In this document: one piece after another, positions 61,941 to 64,000 of the stretch | Numbering within the stretch: position 1 is the first letter of the stretch | How the letters are laid out: the number at the start of each line of letters is the position of its first letter | Assembly: GCA_035221665.1 (NCBI GenBank) | Contig: CM069152.1 | Location: forward strand, 19,840,001 to 19,904,000 | Source of the DNA: Okamejei kenojei | Taxonomy: Eukaryota | DNA: 64,000 nt | Reading direction: 5' to 3' | Translations under genes and position numbers: made by a program | The notes under the pieces: model-generated | Told to the model about the DNA's origin: nothing | The model's database searches: none | Seen by the model: the letters and a program-made list of their open reading frames with translations, nothing else

Positions 61941-63309
61941 ATCCATTTGTCTGTGTGCTACCCACCTCCCATGAGGTATCTCCACAAGTGGTTACACTCC
62001 CTCATGAAGACAGAGAGTCAACCCCTTCACCCCATCTTGCAACACGTCTCAGAGGCTCACCCTTCCCTGGGAAAAGACCCAGCACAGCCTGGTGGAATTC
62101 AACATGTAAATATACCCTCCGTCTTCTTACACGGCCTCACTTTGCACCCAAGGAATTGGTGGGAGCCACGAATAAACAGAGGCATTCACACACTGACATA
62201 CGGTGCAGCTGGGGCAGTGGTGAAGGGAGATTGGAAAATGGCAATGAGTAAAGAAAATTACTGGTTTGTGAAAAAAAAAAATTGCTGAGAATCCTCCCAA
62301 TACATCAATCAGGATAACTGGCGGAAACCTGTATTCTTTCATCGCTCCCAACTGGTGGTTGCCATTACTCATTAAAGTACAATCTGTCACCAATGAATGT
62401 AAGTAGTGGGGGTAGAGTCAGCGCTGATTGTGTCCCACACTGAGTATTTCAAATCACATACAAGGTGGTGTATGTGACTCTTTGTTCCTTGGGAAATAGC
62501 TCTTTTAGTTTTTGAAGTGTCCCTCTGGGATACTGAAAAGAAGAACAACTCTGGGGTACGAATAAGGCTGCCAATTCTGGTTGGGGGCACCCTTAAGGTT
62601 GTATCCTCCTATGTGCCACCCATCCTCGACCCACTCGCCAATCCTCGCCAGGAAACCTGGACAGCAAGAAGGTCTGCGTTACCTGACTGGATATGTCTCA
62701 AATACCCTCTTTGCTCTGTTTTTTTTTGCCACATTAATGAACATAAACATTCAAAGAATATGGAAAAAGGCCTTCCAATAAAACAGCTGTGACTTTACAC
62801 CCAGCAGTGCCCAGGAGTGGAGGTTTTTATTTGCTATAGGGGGAGGCTGCCTGAGAGATAAATGCTTAGTAGAGCCTCTGCGTTTGTAGCTTCGGGACTT
62901 CCACTCCGCCTTCCACATATGGAAGCAATGATTCAGCTTTTATCTGCACTCTGCCTGCCTGTCCTGTAGGCCCTACCAATTTTCCACCTATCCCTTCCTC
63001 CTGCCCATTGCTTCAAGTCCAAATGCAAATTGCCCCCAGAGTAGAGTTGGCCAGGGTACTTCCCCAGAGCTACACCAGTACTTACCCAGGAGTGAAGCAG
63101 GGATCCAGACTACTGCCGCAGAATGTTGACATTCCCAATGTTCTTCACAACAGCAATGAGTAAACAGAATTTTACGGCAGGACCTCTGACTAGATGTTAG
63201 GGTTTGAACAACAACTACACAAGAAGAGAGCGAGATGTGAAGATTTAAGGAGGCAGTTACCAGACGGCTGGCCATCACGTATGAGAGAAAGGGACAAGTC
63301 CATTCCACC

Positions 63310-64000
63310 AGTCACCCAGAACGGGGATTCCCCTCCCCCACTATAGATGAGTCTATAGCACCAGGGTCTCCTCCATACCCCGCAACACTGCCCTCTCTCC
63401 CCATTCCCCCACTCGCAAACAGGGCAGAGTCCCCCTGGTCCTCACCTTTCACCCCACCAGCCGGCAAATACAACACATAGTCCTCCGCCAGTTTCGCCAC
63501 CTCCAACGTGACCCCTCCACTCGCCGCATCTTCCCATCTCCCCCCTGTCTGCCTTCCGCAAAGACGGCTCCCTCCGCAACTCCCTTGTCAATTCTTCCCT
63601 TCCCTCCCGCTCTACCCCTTCCCCGGGCACTTTCCCTTGCAACCGCAAGAAATGCTACACTTGTCTCTTCACCTCCCCCCCTCCACTCCTTTCAGGGACC
63701 CAAGCAGTCCTTCCAGGTCCGACAGAGGTTCACCTGCACCTCCTCCAACCTCATCTACTGCATCCGCTGCTCCAGATGCCAGATGATCTATATCGGTGAG
63801 ACCAAGCGGAGGCTTGGCGATCGTTTCGCCGAACACCTCCGCTCGGTCCGCAATAACCAAGCCGACCTCCCGGTGGCTCAGCACTTCAACTCCCCCTCCC
63901 ATTCCGTATCCGACCTCTCGGTCCTGGGCCTCCTCCACGGCCAGAGTGAGCAACACCGCAAGTTGGAGGAACAGCACCTCATATTCCGCTTGGGGAGTCT
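63310..64000 (+). pseudogene. Penelope-like element, linker plus GIY-YIG endonuclease, 5'-truncated, runs off the window
   Basis: RVPLVLTFHP...PGTFPCNRKKCYTC...FTCTSSNLIYCIRCSRCQMIYIGETKRRLGDRFAEHLRSV...VAQHFN...EQHLIFRLGS. Apparent frameshifts in C runs. The Cys linker is Neptune-like. Many CpGs remain, suggesting a young copy. Confidence 0.93.

Overview
Eukaryotic, repeat-dense, apparently non-coding (intronic or intergenic) DNA. The repeat families (HE1-type tRNA SINEs, HER1/CR1 LINEs, Deu-domain SINEs, Penelope-like elements) point to a cartilaginous fish, probably a skate or ray; this is inference. I could not recognise any host protein-coding gene, and nearly all listed ORFs are spurious or transposon remnants. 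Main contents: (1) a 4.7-kb DIRS-type tyrosine-recombinase retroelement (10434-15134) with both inverted termini, the internal complementary region, a visible ATT crossover core and an adjacent empty-site copy; its 5' part carries two tandem arrays of double-hairpin units, one with compensatory base changes; (2) many Penelope-like (GIY-YIG) fragments with minimal hammerhead-ribozyme cores, including short fold-back copies with 7-15 bp target-site duplications; (3) a 1.4-kb solo LTR nested in a SINE nested in an older SINE; (4) a full-length decayed IR/DR Tc1 transposon; (5) two MITEs sharing a terminal motif; (6) two local inverted duplications, one nearly perfect over 271 bp. Family names come from recalled motifs, not database searches, and boundaries of old repeats are approximate.
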